Positions 1 through 20,868 of a stretch of DNA of 64,000 nt are shown here, one piece after another (within the stretch, counting starts at the first letter, position 1; the number at the start of each line of letters is the position of its first letter). The notes beneath the pieces were generated by a model. That model was given only the letters and a program-made list of their open reading frames with translations. It did not search any database and was not told the origin of the DNA. The stretch lies in assembly GCF_009914755.1 (NCBI RefSeq), contig NC_060943.1; one strand, written 5' to 3'. The translations under genes and the position numbers were made by a program. The stretch comes from the human T2T-CHM13v2.0 reference genome, Homo sapiens.

Positions 1-744
1 CCTGATTTTCTAGGGTGTTTGTCAGCATCCCTGCCTGCTACCCAGGGATGCTGGGTTCTCTTCAGTTGTGACCCCAAATGTTTATCCAAACTTGCCAAAT
101 GTCTCCTATGGGCAAAATACCCCTGGTTGGGAACCACAGATTACAATACACATAACATTCACCTGTAAATTAGCGGGAAGTAATATTGGTGAGGATGACA
201 GTTCACACCCACAGAGGACTAAGATCACAAAGAGTAAGGGTTTCGTGAGGATCTATGCACCAACCCTGTCTGTCATTTTCTGTAATTCTGATCCATGACA
301 TCTGGGACCTTGCTGACTCCACAGGGATGATCTTGCCAGGTCTTGCCTATTCCGAAAGACAGCAGTCAGTTTCCTTGAGAGGGAGCCTTTCACGTGGAAA
401 TGAATCCAGAGCCCACACCCCAACCAGCTTCTATGGAGCTGTCACACTCAGGGCCACTGTGACCTGCCCTGTCACCCAGGGCCATAACCATGGACAGCCA
501 TGGGCTCTGCCCAGAGCCACTGAAATTATTCCAGGTAGTCAATCCTGAGCCTGCTCGTTTTGTCTCCCTTGTTTTTTCCTTCAGAAACCATAAGGAAGGC
601 TCTTTGCCCACATGCTCCCCCATGAGCTTCTGCCTCTTGACAGACACTGGGGCTTCCCCTGCGGCCCCTCTTGGCCTGGTGTGCCCCCTCCTCTTGTGAA
701 TGTCACAAGCTATTTTTGTTTTAGTGACAGTCATTTCCTACTCT

Positions 745-1044
745 TTTTTTATTTTGTTTTGAGATGGAGGGAGTCTCGCTCTGTCGCCCAGGCTGGAGTG
801 CAATGGCGCGATCTCGGCTCGCAACCTCCGCCTCCTGAGTTCGAACAATTCTCCTTCCTCAGCCTCCCAAGGAGCTGATATTACAGGCGCCAGCCACCAC
901 ACTAGCTAATTTTTTTGTATTTTTAGTAGAGATAGGGTTTCATCATGTTGGCCAGGCTAGTCTTGAATTCCTGACCTCAAGCGATGTGCCCGCCTCAGCC
1001 TCCCAAAGTGCTTGGATTACAGGCGTGAGTCACTGCACCTGGCC
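745..1044 (-). mobile_element. Alu
   Basis: Antisense Alu consensus with poly-T head. Confidence 0.9.
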
Positions 1045-1989
1045 CTCCTGTTCTCTTTAATTGTTTTGTGTGAAACTTTGTGATGCAGGGAATTGCTTCC
1101 CGCAAGAATTCCTAAATTCCATTTTGTGAGAGTCCTTCAAAACCCAGAGGCATTTTCTCATACTACGTGTGTGTGTATGTGTGTGTGTGTGTGTGATTGA
1201 AGGGGAATTGGGAGATGACTCTTGAGTCTCAGGTCATTTACTTGCCCCATATTTACCTTATTGGGACCCTCCCTAAACCCAAACACCTAATCTCAAGGCT
1301 ACAGCAAGGCAGCAGCCCTGAAATCTCTCCTCTGGGAGGTACCAGCACCCAGCTGCTTGGATGCTCAGAGGCAGGATGGGAGCAGGTGACGGGGGTGTGG
1401 GCTTGGGACCAGACAGCCTGGAGACCTCCCCTCTGTGAGCCCACCATCCTCCTTTGTAAAATGCAGACACTCCTAGGACCTCGCTCACAGCCAGGGCTGC
1501 TGGGGATGGCTGTTTATGTTGTACCCTGCACTAGGGTCCTGTCCAAGGCAAGGGGAAAAATGTGAAACCCAGCCTGCTCTCCGCAGCTGTGTCCATGCAG
1601 AGCTGAGGGATTATTTTCAGGCATCCCACTGATCTATCCCACTTCCCACAGCCCACCCTGTACATAGGCACAGCCAGTGTAATTTGGGAAAAACTCATTT
1701 TAAACAAACAAAAAAATGTCCCAGCCAATACAACATACCCCTTTAAAAAGTACATTATTGTGTTTTTCTTTTCATTTGAAGCAATGTCTATGACATTGCA
1801 ACGTATATATAACTTAATATTTAACATTTTAACCATATTTAATTGTACAGTTCCCATATTAGGTGCATTCACATTGTTTTACTATGATCTCCGTTGTTCA
1901 TCTCCAATATTCTTTTCATCTTGAAAAACTGAAACTCTGTACCCACAAACAACTCCCTACTTCTCCCTCACACCTGTCCCTAACATCCA

Positions 1990-2408
<419 letters not shown>

Positions 2409-2738
2409 TAGTTGGACAGCATTAGAGCCACTAAATTATTGGAGTCATAGGGTACGTCTTCTTTTGTGCCTGGCTTGTTTCACTGAGCATAATGTCTCAG
2501 GGTTCATACAGACTGTAGCATGTGGCAGGATTTCCTTCCTTCGTAAGGATGAATAATATCCCATGGTATTGATAGAGGATATTGTGTTTATTCATTCATA
2601 CTTTGATGGACCTTTGGGTTGCTTCTACTTCTTGCTGTCGTGAATGCTGCTACGAACACGGGTGGACACATATCTGCTCGAGTTCCTGCTTTCGATTATT
2701 CTGGGTCTATATCTCGAAGTGGCATTGATGCATCATAT

Positions 2739-3289
2739 TGTTAGGGAAACAGGAGCATAGGAGAACCAGGGCGACACCGTTTTAAAATCTGTCCAAAAAA
2801 ACTAGCAAGGCACATTCCTTGCCAGCCCTCCACCATGGCCATTAAGATGTGTATAGCTGAGGAAACAGCTTAATCAAGCCTGCAAGGACAAACTCCTATG
2901 AGAGCAAAATGTCTAGATACCCCAATATGGCATTATATGCTTTTAAGATGATTACAGTTATGCTTTGATGCATTTATGCACCAAAATGCCAAGGATAGCT
3001 TTCTTTAAATCAACAAAATAATAAATTTTGTCATGCTGCCAGCCCACCTGCACATACACATAACTTTGCTTAGCTATTACATAGATAAGACCCCCACATA
3101 AGTAAAACTTAAAACAAAGATGAGGCATTCCTCTCTTGGCTTTCTGAGGACACCCTACTCTGTATCTGAGTCACTTTCAGTAAATGATCTCTTCTTACTG
3201 CACTCTGCAGCTCACCTGGGAGCCCCTCCTGCAAGAGATCCAAGGACCCTCTCTTGGGGTCTGAATTGATAACTGTTTTCTGGCAACAA
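2739..3289 (+). mobile_element. Solo ERV1 LTR (MER4-group like)
   Basis: TG...CA termini (tgttagggaaac ... ctggcaaca) with a gagatccaaggaccctctcttggggtctg 3' end typical of MER4-group LTRs; homologous to the antisense copy at 61818-62490. Confidence 0.7.
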
Positions 3290-3884
3290 TATGGTAACTC
3301 TACTTTTATTTGTCCAGAAACTATTGCACTGTTTTACAAGGCAGCTGCACCATGTGTCCATCCCACTGTCGAAAACCAAAATTTCCACCAGTTTATTTCC
3401 ACTGTGATCAGATTCAGGATCAGCTGCTCGATGCTTGAAAGCCAGGCACGGGAGACAAGGGTTGGCAGAAGGAAAGACAGGTTCAATCAGAGAGCCAGAA
3501 AACCGAGAAGGTGGTGAACTAGCGTTCTAAAGCACCATCTTCAATTTTAGAATTCACCATGGGGGTTTCAAAAGGAAATTTGCTGTGGGAGACATGCGGA
3601 GTGTGCAGGGTGCAGGTCTGTGCCTTTGTTCTGGTGGCTATCATGGGTATCACCCACCCTGAGACCTGGCTGGCATTATCCTGACTTCAGAGGAAGAGAT
3701 AAAGGGGTCAGATGGGAGGGAAAGGAAGTGGGTGATTAAAATATATTTTAAAAACGGAGGTCCCTGGCCTCACAATGATTGAATTGGCATTTGTTAGCGA
3801 TTTATGGATCGGGCTGCATCCCATCTAGAAATACAAAGGCATTTTTGCCCTTATGGCAGAACAGTTGGCGCACTTTTTTGTCTT

Positions 3885-4178
3885 TTGTTTTTCTTTTGAA
3901 ACGGATTCTCACTCGGTCACCCAAGATGGAGCGCAGTGCTGTGATCTCAGCTCACTGCAACCTCTGCCTCCCGGGTTCTAGCAATTCTCCTGCCTCAGCC
4001 TCCTGAGTAGCTGGGATTACAGGCGCCCACCACCACGCCCACCTAATTTTTTGTATTTTAGTTGAGACGGGGTTTCACCATGTTGCCCAGGCTTGTCTCA
4101 AACTCCTGAGCTCAGGCAATCCACCTGCCTCGGCCTCCCAAAGTGCTGGGATTACAGGCGTGAGCCACCGCACCCGGC
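3885..4178 (-). mobile_element. Alu
   Basis: Antisense Alu consensus. Confidence 0.9.
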
Positions 4179-5189
4179 CAACAGTTGGCTTTTGTAGGGC
4201 TTCTTGAGCAGGAACAAAGAAACAGCACCATACAAAAAGGCGGCTCTTTTAACGTCTGGTTATTTTAGGTTACTTTCCTTTTAAGGGTTAAAGCAGAGGG
4301 ACTTCCTTCTCTTGGCAGCTCACGTTACTTGGGTCCTTTGAGATCAGATGCTGTGGATCTCTTGTGTTTTGAAAAAACCGGCCTGTTTAGGGATTTTCCT
4401 GTTTTTCCAAGTTTCAGTTTGACGACATGCACTTAACCTGAAAGACTCCATTTTTATTTGGTTTGTGAAGGGCTAGAGAAGGAGCTCCGTCCACAACAAC
4501 AGTCTCCTATCAACTTCATTTAACCACTAAGTGCAGAAGGGTTCCAGTTTCCCCAAAGCCTACCACCATCCTTTATTTTCCATTTTATGGAGAGTAGCCA
4601 TGTTAATAATGTGTGCTGGTTCTTTTTTTTCTTTTCAGTGGAAAAAATCATATTTATTTCATTTTTCAATAGTAATTATTTATTAGTGGTATGTGCGTGT
4701 CTGTTGGGCACTGCACAATTTCTCAAACCTTGGGATCAGACGGGACCATGCCACCTGACTTTCGAAACCTTGCTGATTTTCATGTGGTAATTGCCCTTCT
4801 TCACAGCAACCACGGATGCCCCAGCATCACAAAGACATGATGTCAGCAAAGGAAATGTAGAGAGACCGAATGTGAAATCTGTGAGCCACTGGAGCTGGTG
4901 TTTCACATGGTGTCAGAGGTGGAATGCTGCTGTGCTTCCCCTAATTTTAACATATCCAGGGTCCCTCTGTGGACAGCTGAAGCTGTGAGGATAGAACAGC
5001 AGGAATGCCGTAGGAATTAGTTGGAGGGGGCAGGTAATGGAAGAGCTGATCTGGTTGCTAAGCAGCTCAGAATCTCTGGAGATGAATCATAATGGAATTA
5101 GAGTAAGAGCAGACAGTGCAGAAGGGGCTACTCTGCTCCAGCCAAATGCAGCTGCAGAGAATAAGAAAAGTGATGTGGATGTTCCACAG

Positions 5190-5718
5190 TCTCCCCTTTT
5201 CTTTCCTCTCCCCTCTCCTCCCCTCTCCTCCCCTGCCTTCCCTTCCCTTCCCCTCCTCTCCCCTCTCCTCCCCTCTCCTCCCCTGCCTTCCCTTCCCTTC
5301 CCTTCCTCTCCCCTCTCCTCCCCTCTCCTCCCCTGCCTTCCCTTCCCTTCCCTTCCCTCCCCTCCCCTCCCCTCCCCTCCCCTTCCCTTCCCTTCCTTCT
5401 TCCTTTCCCTTTTCTTTTATTTTCTTTCTTTCTATTTTTTTTTTTGAGAAAGAGTCTTGCTCTGTTGACCAGTGCAGTGGCACAATCTTGGCTCACTGCG
5501 ACCTCCGCCTCCAGGCTCAAGTGATTCTTCTGCCTCAGTCTCCTGAGTAGCTGGGACTACAGGCACCCGCCACCATGCCCGGCTAATTTTTGTATTTTTA
5601 GTAGAGACGGGGTTTTGCCATATTGGCCAGGCTGGTCTCAAACTCCTGACCTCAAATGATCCGCCTGCCTTGGCCTCCCAAAGTGCTGGGATAACAGGCA
5701 TGAGCCACCGCATCCAGC
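5190..5718 (-). repeat. (CCCCT/CCCTT)n polypyrimidine tract followed by an antisense Alu
   Basis: Pentamer CT-rich array 5190-5405; Alu 5435-5718. Confidence 0.9.
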
Positions 5719-6423
5719 CCCAAGTTTCTTAATAAGTTCTCATTTGTTTATTCTGATGGTCTTCATTTGTAATTGTATGTCCATTGCCTGTATGTATATT
5801 TGGCCAGCAATCCCCTAATGCAGTTCGGGATCTGTGGGAAAAATCAAGACATTTCCAGGGGGTCCACAATTTCTAGACTATTTTTTTAAAGAACATTAAT
5901 ATTTTATTTGCTTATTTTCTTCTCTTTTTCTCTGCATGATGTGATATTATAAATATTTGAAGTAAGAAGCAGATTGGAGAATCCATTTCTCTTCCATTAA
6001 GGAGGAAATTAAAGGAGTTTGCAAAAACTTCTAACAATATCACCTTTATTACTAAGTTTTTGTTTGGAAAATATAATTATTGTTCACAAAATGTGAGCTA
6101 TGTTAATATACAATAGATTTGTTGTTGTCGTTAAGCTTAAAAAGTAACGTTTGACTATTTATAACATGATCTATATGAGATCATGTTATGTTTTATTTAT
6201 ATCTTATACCAAGAAACATCCTTTGGGAGTTTCCCAATAATTTTAAGAGGGTAAAAGAGTTTGAGATGACAAACTTTGAGAATTACTGTCCTGGGTTAAA
6301 TTCCTGGGTTCCGTTTTGCTGGATTGAAAGACACACACACTTAATGTTTCTGAGACATGATGCCACATTGCTATGATGTTCCACAGCTGTTTCTCTGGCT
6401 CTATTTTCTCACGGGAAATGTAA

Positions 6424-7068
<645 letters not shown>

Positions 7069-7398
7069 AGTGAAGGAATTTCTATGGGAAGCGCACGTGG
7101 CCTCCAGTTACATGGATGTTCAGAGATCTCCCCTCATGTGGGGTATGATTAGATATCTCAGAAGATAATGTTCAAGGTGTAGTCTTCAGTTTATAAACCC
7201 CAGTCCCGACATGGGGTGTCGTGGGTGATCGTGGGCCAGACATGTGCCCCTTCTGAACCTCATTTCCTTTACCTGTAAGTGGAGGATGGGCTGGGTAAAA
7301 ACTCAACAAAATGGCCAACACATTATAGGCATTTAATACGTTATAACTAGGTTTTTCTGAATTTTTACACTAAATAGGAATAAGAGTTTTAATAATTA

Positions 7399-7686
<288 letters not shown>

Positions 7687-7974
7687 TCATAATTTGGGAT
7701 AATAAGCATAATAAAGTCAAACTCAGGCAGAAGAATGTGATTCTAGGAGACAGAGAGAGGCAAATTATTTGGCATGAGGCCTCTGTGTTTCCCTTAAATG
7801 AGCCGCCCCAGGCCCTTTGCACGTGTTGCTCCTTCTGCCATCACTGGGTCTTCATGTGGTGCCTTCCTGTCTCCATTCAGGACTCTGACCAGAGGTCACC
7901 TCTCAGGGATGCCTTCTTTGATTCCTGTCCCCAGAAGCTTGTCATGCACCTCTACCTTCCAACCACCATGGGGT

Positions 7975-8666
7975 TGATTTTTTTTATTTCTTCCATATGT
8001 ATAAAAAAACAGGATACATGTGCAGAATGTGCCAGTTTGTTACATAGGTATCCATGTGCCATGGTGGTTTGCTGCACCTATTGACCTGTCCTCTAAACTC
8101 CCTCCCCTCACCGCCTACCCACCAACAGGCTCTGGTGTGTGTTGTTCCCCTCTCTGTGTCCATGTGTGCTCATTGCTGAACTCCCACTTATGAGTGAGAA
8201 TATGTGGTGTTTGGTTTTCTGTTCCTGTGTTAGTTTGCTGAGGATGATGGCTTCCAGCTTCATCCATGTCCCTGCAAAGGACATGATTTCATTCCTTTTT
8301 TTGGCTGCACAGTAGTCCATGATGTATATGTACCACATTTTCTTTATCTAGTCTATCATTGATGGGCATTTGGGTTGGTTCCATGCCTTTGCTATTGTAA
8401 ATAGTGCTGTGATAAACATACGTGTGCATGTGTCTTTATAGCAGAATGATTTATATTCCTTTGGGTACATACCCAGTAATGGGATTGCTGGGTCAAATGG
8501 TATTTCTGGTTCTAGATCCTTGAGGAATCACCATACCGAATCACCATACCATCTTCCACAATGGTTGAACTAATTTACATTCCCACCAACAGTGTAAAAG
8601 CATTCCCATTTCTCCACAGCCTCACCAGCATCTATTGTTTCCTGACTTTTTAATAATTGCCATTCA
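7975..8666 (-). mobile_element. L1PA-type LINE-1 3' segment (3' UTR and ORF2 end) of a 5'-inverted insertion
   Basis: Antisense L1 3' end next to a T-rich tail; ORF 8108..8338 (-) has KKRNEIMSFAGTWMKLEAIILSKLTQEQKTKH. Confidence 0.9.
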
Positions 8667-11189
8667 TACAGAATCAAAGAAGACTTCGTATAGCCAAGAC
8701 AATCCTAAGCAAAAAGAATAAAGCTGGAGGCATCACGCCACCCGACTTCAAACTATACTACAAGGCTACAGTAACCAAAGCAGCATGGTACTGGTACCAA
8801 GACAGATATATAGACCAATGGAGCAGAACAGAGACCTCACAAATAACACTACACATCTACAACCATCTGATCTTCGACAAACCTACCAAAAACAAGCAAT
8901 GGGGAAAGGACCTCCTATTCAGTAAATGGTACTTGGAAAACTGGCTAGCCATATGCAGAAAACTGAAACTGGATCCCTTCCTTACACTTTGTACAAAAAT
9001 TAATTCAAGGTGGATTAAAGACTTAATTGTGAAACTGAAAACCATAAAAACCGTAGAAGAAAACCTAGGCAATACCATTCAGGACATAGGCATGGACAAA
9101 GACTTCATGACAAAAATGCCAAAAGCAATGGCAACAAAGGCCAAAATTGACAAATGGGATCTAATTAAACTAAAGAGCTTCTGCACAGCAAAAGAAACCA
9201 TCGTCAGAGTGAACAGGCGACCCACAGAATGGGAGGAAATTTTTGCAAGCAAAAGAAACCATCGTCAGAGTGAACAGGCGACCCACAGAATGGGAGGAAA
9301 TTTTTGCAAGCAAAAGAAACCATCGTCAGAGTGAACAGGCGACCCACAGAATGGGAGAAAATTTTTGCAAGCAAAAGAAACTATCGTCAGAGTGAACAGG
9401 CGACCCACAGAATGGGAGGAAATTTTTGCAAGCCAAAGAAACTATCATCAGAGTGAACAGGTGACCCACAGAATGGGAGGAAATTTTTGCACAGCAAAAG
9501 AAACTATCGTCAGAGTGAACAGGCGACCCACAGAATGGGAGGAAATTTTTGCAAGCCAAAGAAACTATCATCAGAGTGAACAGGCGACCCACAGAATGGG
9601 AGGAAATTTTTGCAAGCCAAAGAAACTATCGTCAGAGTGAACAGGCGACCCACAGAATGGGAGAAAATTTTTGCAAGCCAAAGAAACTATCGTCAGAGTG
9701 AACAGGCGACCCACAGAATGGGAGGAAATTTTTGCAAGCCAAAGAAACTATCATCAGAGTGAACAGGCGACCCACAGAATGGGAGGAAATTTTTGCAAGC
9801 CAAAGAAACTATCGTCAGAGTGAACAGGCGACCCACAGAATGGGAGAAAATTTTTGCAAGCAAAAGAAACTATCGTCAGAGTGAACAGGCAACCCACAGA
9901 ATGGGAGGAAATTTTTGCAAGCAAAAGAAACTATCGTCAGAGTGAACAGGCGACCCACAGAATGGGAGGAAATTTTTGCAAGCAAAAGAAACTATCGTCA
10001 GAGTGAACAGGCGACCCACAGAATGGGAGGAAATTTTTGCAAGCAAAAGAAACCATCGTCAGAGTGAACAGGCGACCCACAGAATGGGAGGAAATTTTTG
10101 CAAGCAAAAGAAACCATCGTCAGAGTGAACAGGCGACCCACAGAATGGGAGGAAATTTTTGCAAGCCAAAGAAACTATCGTCAGAGTGAACAGGCGACCC
10201 ACAGAATGGGAGAAAATTTTTGCAAGCAAAAGAAACTATCGTCAGAGTGAACAGGCAACCCACAGAATGGGAGGAAATTTTTGCAAGCAAAAGAAACCAT
10301 CGTCAGAGTGAACAGGCGACCCACAGAATGGGAGGAAATTTTTGCAAGCAAAAGAAACCATCGTCAGAGTGAACAGGCGACCCACAGAATGGGAGAAAAT
10401 TTTTGCAAGCAAAAGAAACTATCGTCAGAGTGAACAGGCGACCCACAGAATGGGAGGAAATTTTTGCAAGCCAAAGAAACTATCATCAGAGTGAACAGGT
10501 GACCCACAGAATGGGAGGAAATTTTTGCAAGCCAAAGAAACTATCGTCAGAGTGAACAGGCGACCCACAGAATGGGAGAAAATTTTTGCAAGCCAAAGAA
10601 ACTATCATCAGAGTGAACAGGCGACCCACAGAATGGGAGGAAATTTTTGCAAGCAAAAGAAACTATCGTCAGAGTGAACAGGCGACCCACAGAATGGGAG
10701 AAAATTTTTGCAAGCCAAAGAAACTATCATCAGAGTGAACAGGCGACCCACAGAATGGGAGGAAATTTTTGCAAGCCAAAGAAACTATCGTCAGAGTGAA
10801 CAGGCGACCCACAGAATGGGAGAAAATTTTTGCAAGCAAAAGAAACTATCGTCAGAGTGAACAGGCAACCCACAGAATGGGAGGAAATTTTTGCAAGCAA
10901 AAGAAACTATCGTCAGAGTGAACAGGCGACCCACAGAATGGGAGGAAATTTTTTGCAATCTACCCATCTGACAAAGGTCTGATATCTAGAATTTACAAGG
11001 AACTTAAGCAAATTTACAAGAAAAAAAACAAACAACCCCATCAAAAATTGGGCAAAGGATATGAACAGACACTTCTCAAAAGAAGACATGTACGCGGCCA
11101 ACAAACATATGAAAAAAAGCTCAATATCACTGATCATCAGAGAAATGCAAATCAAAACCACAATGAGATACCATCTCACGCCAGTCAGA
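8667..11189 (+). mobile_element. Inverted L1 ORF2 segment of the same insertion, containing the VNTR
   Basis: ORF 8657..9334 is L1 ORF2 ([33 protein letters not shown]...[18 protein letters not shown]). It ends ccatctcacgccagtcaga, the L1 position adjoining the start of the 3' segment. Confidence 0.9.
9188..10958 (+). repeat. Minisatellite/VNTR: 29 copies of a 61-bp L1 ORF2-derived unit
   Basis: Unit GCAAAAGAAAC(C/T)ATC(G/A)TCAGAGTGAACAGGCGACCCACAGAATGGGAG(G/A)AAATTTTTGCAA; 1771 bp = 29x61 plus two 1-bp insertions; copies differ at only a few sites. Confidence 0.97.
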
Positions 11190-13742
11190 GAGGCTGACTT
11201 TTTTGGTTTACTTCCTGTTTTGTAAGATATTGATCAATAGGATGCTGTCTGCTACCCAGCTGATGCCTTATATTCTCCCTCTAGTGGAATATAAGCTCCT
11301 TTGAGGATGGTAGAAATAATGAACCCCTGGTTTGCATTACTGATTGTGCCAGAAGATTGCTACTGTGAATGAAAAGCTCCGAAGGACAAAAATAGATCCA
11401 TACCTGATTTCCTGCTCATTATCATGAAAAATATTCATTTCTCAATGCTGCTTATACCAAGGAAATAGGAATAAAGTAACAATGCACACAAAAGAGTTGG
11501 AGGTTTGAGTATAGAAAAGCAGTCATGCAGTAGTACTGGACACAAAGTGAATGGAGAAGCTGGTCCTATTTCCAGGCAGTGCTCAGTGTCCTTAGGGATG
11601 AGTCACCACGAGGTTAGAGTGAGAATAGGCAGTGGGGCAGGGGCTGTTCCTCCCCAGCCACGTGTACCTGCAGGAGTGAGGATGAGGAATGACATGGAGG
11701 GAGTCATGGCTCATCAGGGTTGAGGGTTTCCAAGAGAATCACATGAAGCAGAGTATGAAAAGGAGATTTGAGTTTGTGCAGAAGAAACTGGTTCTAACAA
11801 TCGACCATAGACAGTGATCTGAAGGTGGGATGAAGATTAGCGGGAAATGGGTGAATCAATACTATGTTTTTCCTAAAGAAAAGGAAAATTGGCATCAGGT
11901 GAGCAGAAGTCACCTGGAAGATAGGCAGTGATGTTGCAGATGGGAGGCTTGAGCTGAGGAGATGGGCTGACAGCCTCTATTGGTAACAACAAGGCTGATG
12001 GCAATCGATGGCTAAAGGAGTTTAGATAGGAAATTTGGGAGAGAGGAGATCAATTTTCAGATAGTGAAGTGTTGGGAGGGTCAGCTATGTTAGTGTTCCT
12101 CCACATCAGCACTATTGAAAATTTGGGCTTGAAAGTTCTTTTTTTGCAGGGTGGGGAAGCCTGTCCTGTTTTTGTAAGATATTGATCAATAGGATGCTGT
12201 CTGCTACACAGCTGATGCCTACAGCCCTCCTCCAGTTGTGACAGCCAAACATGTTTCCAAAAATTGGCAGATGTCTCCTCATGGCAAAATCTTCCCTGGT
12301 GGAGAACCACAGATATTAACGTGTAGGATATTCCCCAGGATTATAGAGGAAAGTGATGTTGGTGAGGACAACAGTCCACATCCACAGAGAATTGAGATCA
12401 CACAGAAATCGGGGCTTTTCATGAGGCTATGTGTCCCAACCTTGCATGTTATTTTCTGTAATTCTGATGGGCCACATCTTGGACCTTGCTGACCCTGGAG
12501 GGATGATCCTGCTGGGTCTTGTCAATTCCTGAAGATAGTAAACAGCTCCCTTGAAAGGCAGCCTTTCATGTGGAAACCAATCCAGATCCCACTCCCCAAT
12601 CATCTCCTCTATGGAGCATTCACACTGACAGCCACGAATCACTCAGCTCTCCTAATCACCCCAGGACCAGGCATCAGACAGCTCGGGGACAACCCCTATG
12701 CCCAGAGCCACTGAAATTCTTCAGAGAAGCCAATCTTGTTTACCTGCTCATTTACCCCCACTTGTTCTTTCCCTTGGAAACCATAATTAAGGCTCTTCAC
12801 TCACAAGTCCTTCCATCCCCTTCCTCTTGCCAGATACTTGTCCTTCCTGTGTGACTACCTGGTGTGGTGTGCCCCTCCTCTTGGGAATGTGAGCAAACAG
12901 CTATATTTGCAGTAACAACTTGTCCCTCAGTCTGTTTTACCGTTGTATGTGAAACTTGGTAATTTCTGGTCTTGATTCATGCAATTATGAGCCTCATTTT
13001 GTGGGAGTCCCTCGAGTACCCTGATGCATCTCCCCATCGTGTGTGTGTGTGTGCGAGCACGCACGTGTGTGTAGTTGAAGGGGAGTTTGGGAGACACGGC
13101 ATTCTCAAGCAAATTGGAGATGCAGACCACTTTCCCTGCCTCTTATCTATATTATTAGAATCTTGCCCAACCCTAAATGTCCAGTCCCAAAGATGGAGCA
13201 AGACAGGGGCCCTGGACTCCCTCTTCTGGGAGGGGCCAGGGCACTTTTCTTTGGATGCTCAGACGTGGGATGGGAGCAGGTGATGGAGGCGTGGGCTCAG
13301 GGCCAGAGAGCTTGGAGACTTCCCTCTCTGAGCCCAGTATTTTCCGCCATAAAATGCAGGCACTTGTAGGTCTCACTCACAACCAGGGCTGTGGGGATGG
13401 CCATGCGTATGTTCCTCAGCATTGAGGCTTCTGTCCAAGAAGCTGAGGGGAGGTGAAATCCAGCCTGCACTCTTTCCAAGTTGTGCTTAGTTCGAGGATA
13501 AATAATCCCACCAGCGCCACTCCCTCATTGATCTCTGCAAAGCCCCTTAGCCCACCACCGTGGCCTTGGGTTCACTCATGAAATTTGAGAAACAAATTAG
13601 TTCAAGGAACAAGAGAGCAAATAAATAGTGACACAGCCATTTTCAGGATCTCATTTTTTTCCTGTTTCTTCTCACATGAGGCAATGGTAATGCTACTGTA
13701 AAGTGCCTTTGCCATCACTAGGTGGCACTCTTGAAGCAATAG

Positions 13743-14780
<1,038 letters not shown>

Positions 14781-15327
14781 TAAAAATGGTGTAAATTATT
14801 ACATAGTTTAACGTTGATATTTTCATCATCTTTTAAGTGTGCAGTTTGTTGGCTTCCATTACATTCGGGTTATTTGCAAACATCACTACCTTCCACGCCC
14901 AGAACAGTCTTCATCTTGCAAAACTGGAATTCTGAGCTGATTGTACATGAGCTCTGCATTTCTCCTCTCTAAGCCCCCATGTGCCACCATTCTACTTTCT
15001 GGGTCTATGAATTAGGCTAGTCTGGGGCCTGACCTAAGTGGAATCATGCAACAGTGTCCCTCTGGGGCTGACTTATTCCACTCGGCATCATGTCCTCAGG
15101 GTTCCTCCGTGTTGTAGCATCTGTCTGGGTTTCCTTTCTTTGTAAGACTCAGTAATATTCCATTGTATGTGAACACTACAGCTTGTTTACCAATATCCAC
15201 TCATCCTTTGATGGACACTTGCGGTTTTCCACCTTTGACTATTATGAATAATGCATCGTGTCACATTTCCATCAACAAGGCACAAGTTTCCTACTTTTCC
15301 AAAGCCTGCCAGCACTTGTTATTTTCA

Positions 15328-20868
<5,541 letters not shown>

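Noticed and set aside
8657-9334. 225-aa ORF as a host gene
   Set aside because: It is an L1 ORF2 fragment with a non-ATG start, broken by the VNTR.
9188-10958. Array as CRISPR-like or as a coding repeat
   Set aside because: There are no unique spacers and the unit is plain L1 ORF2. The 61-bp period shifts frame each copy, so every + frame hits the GAG-TGA stop within three units.
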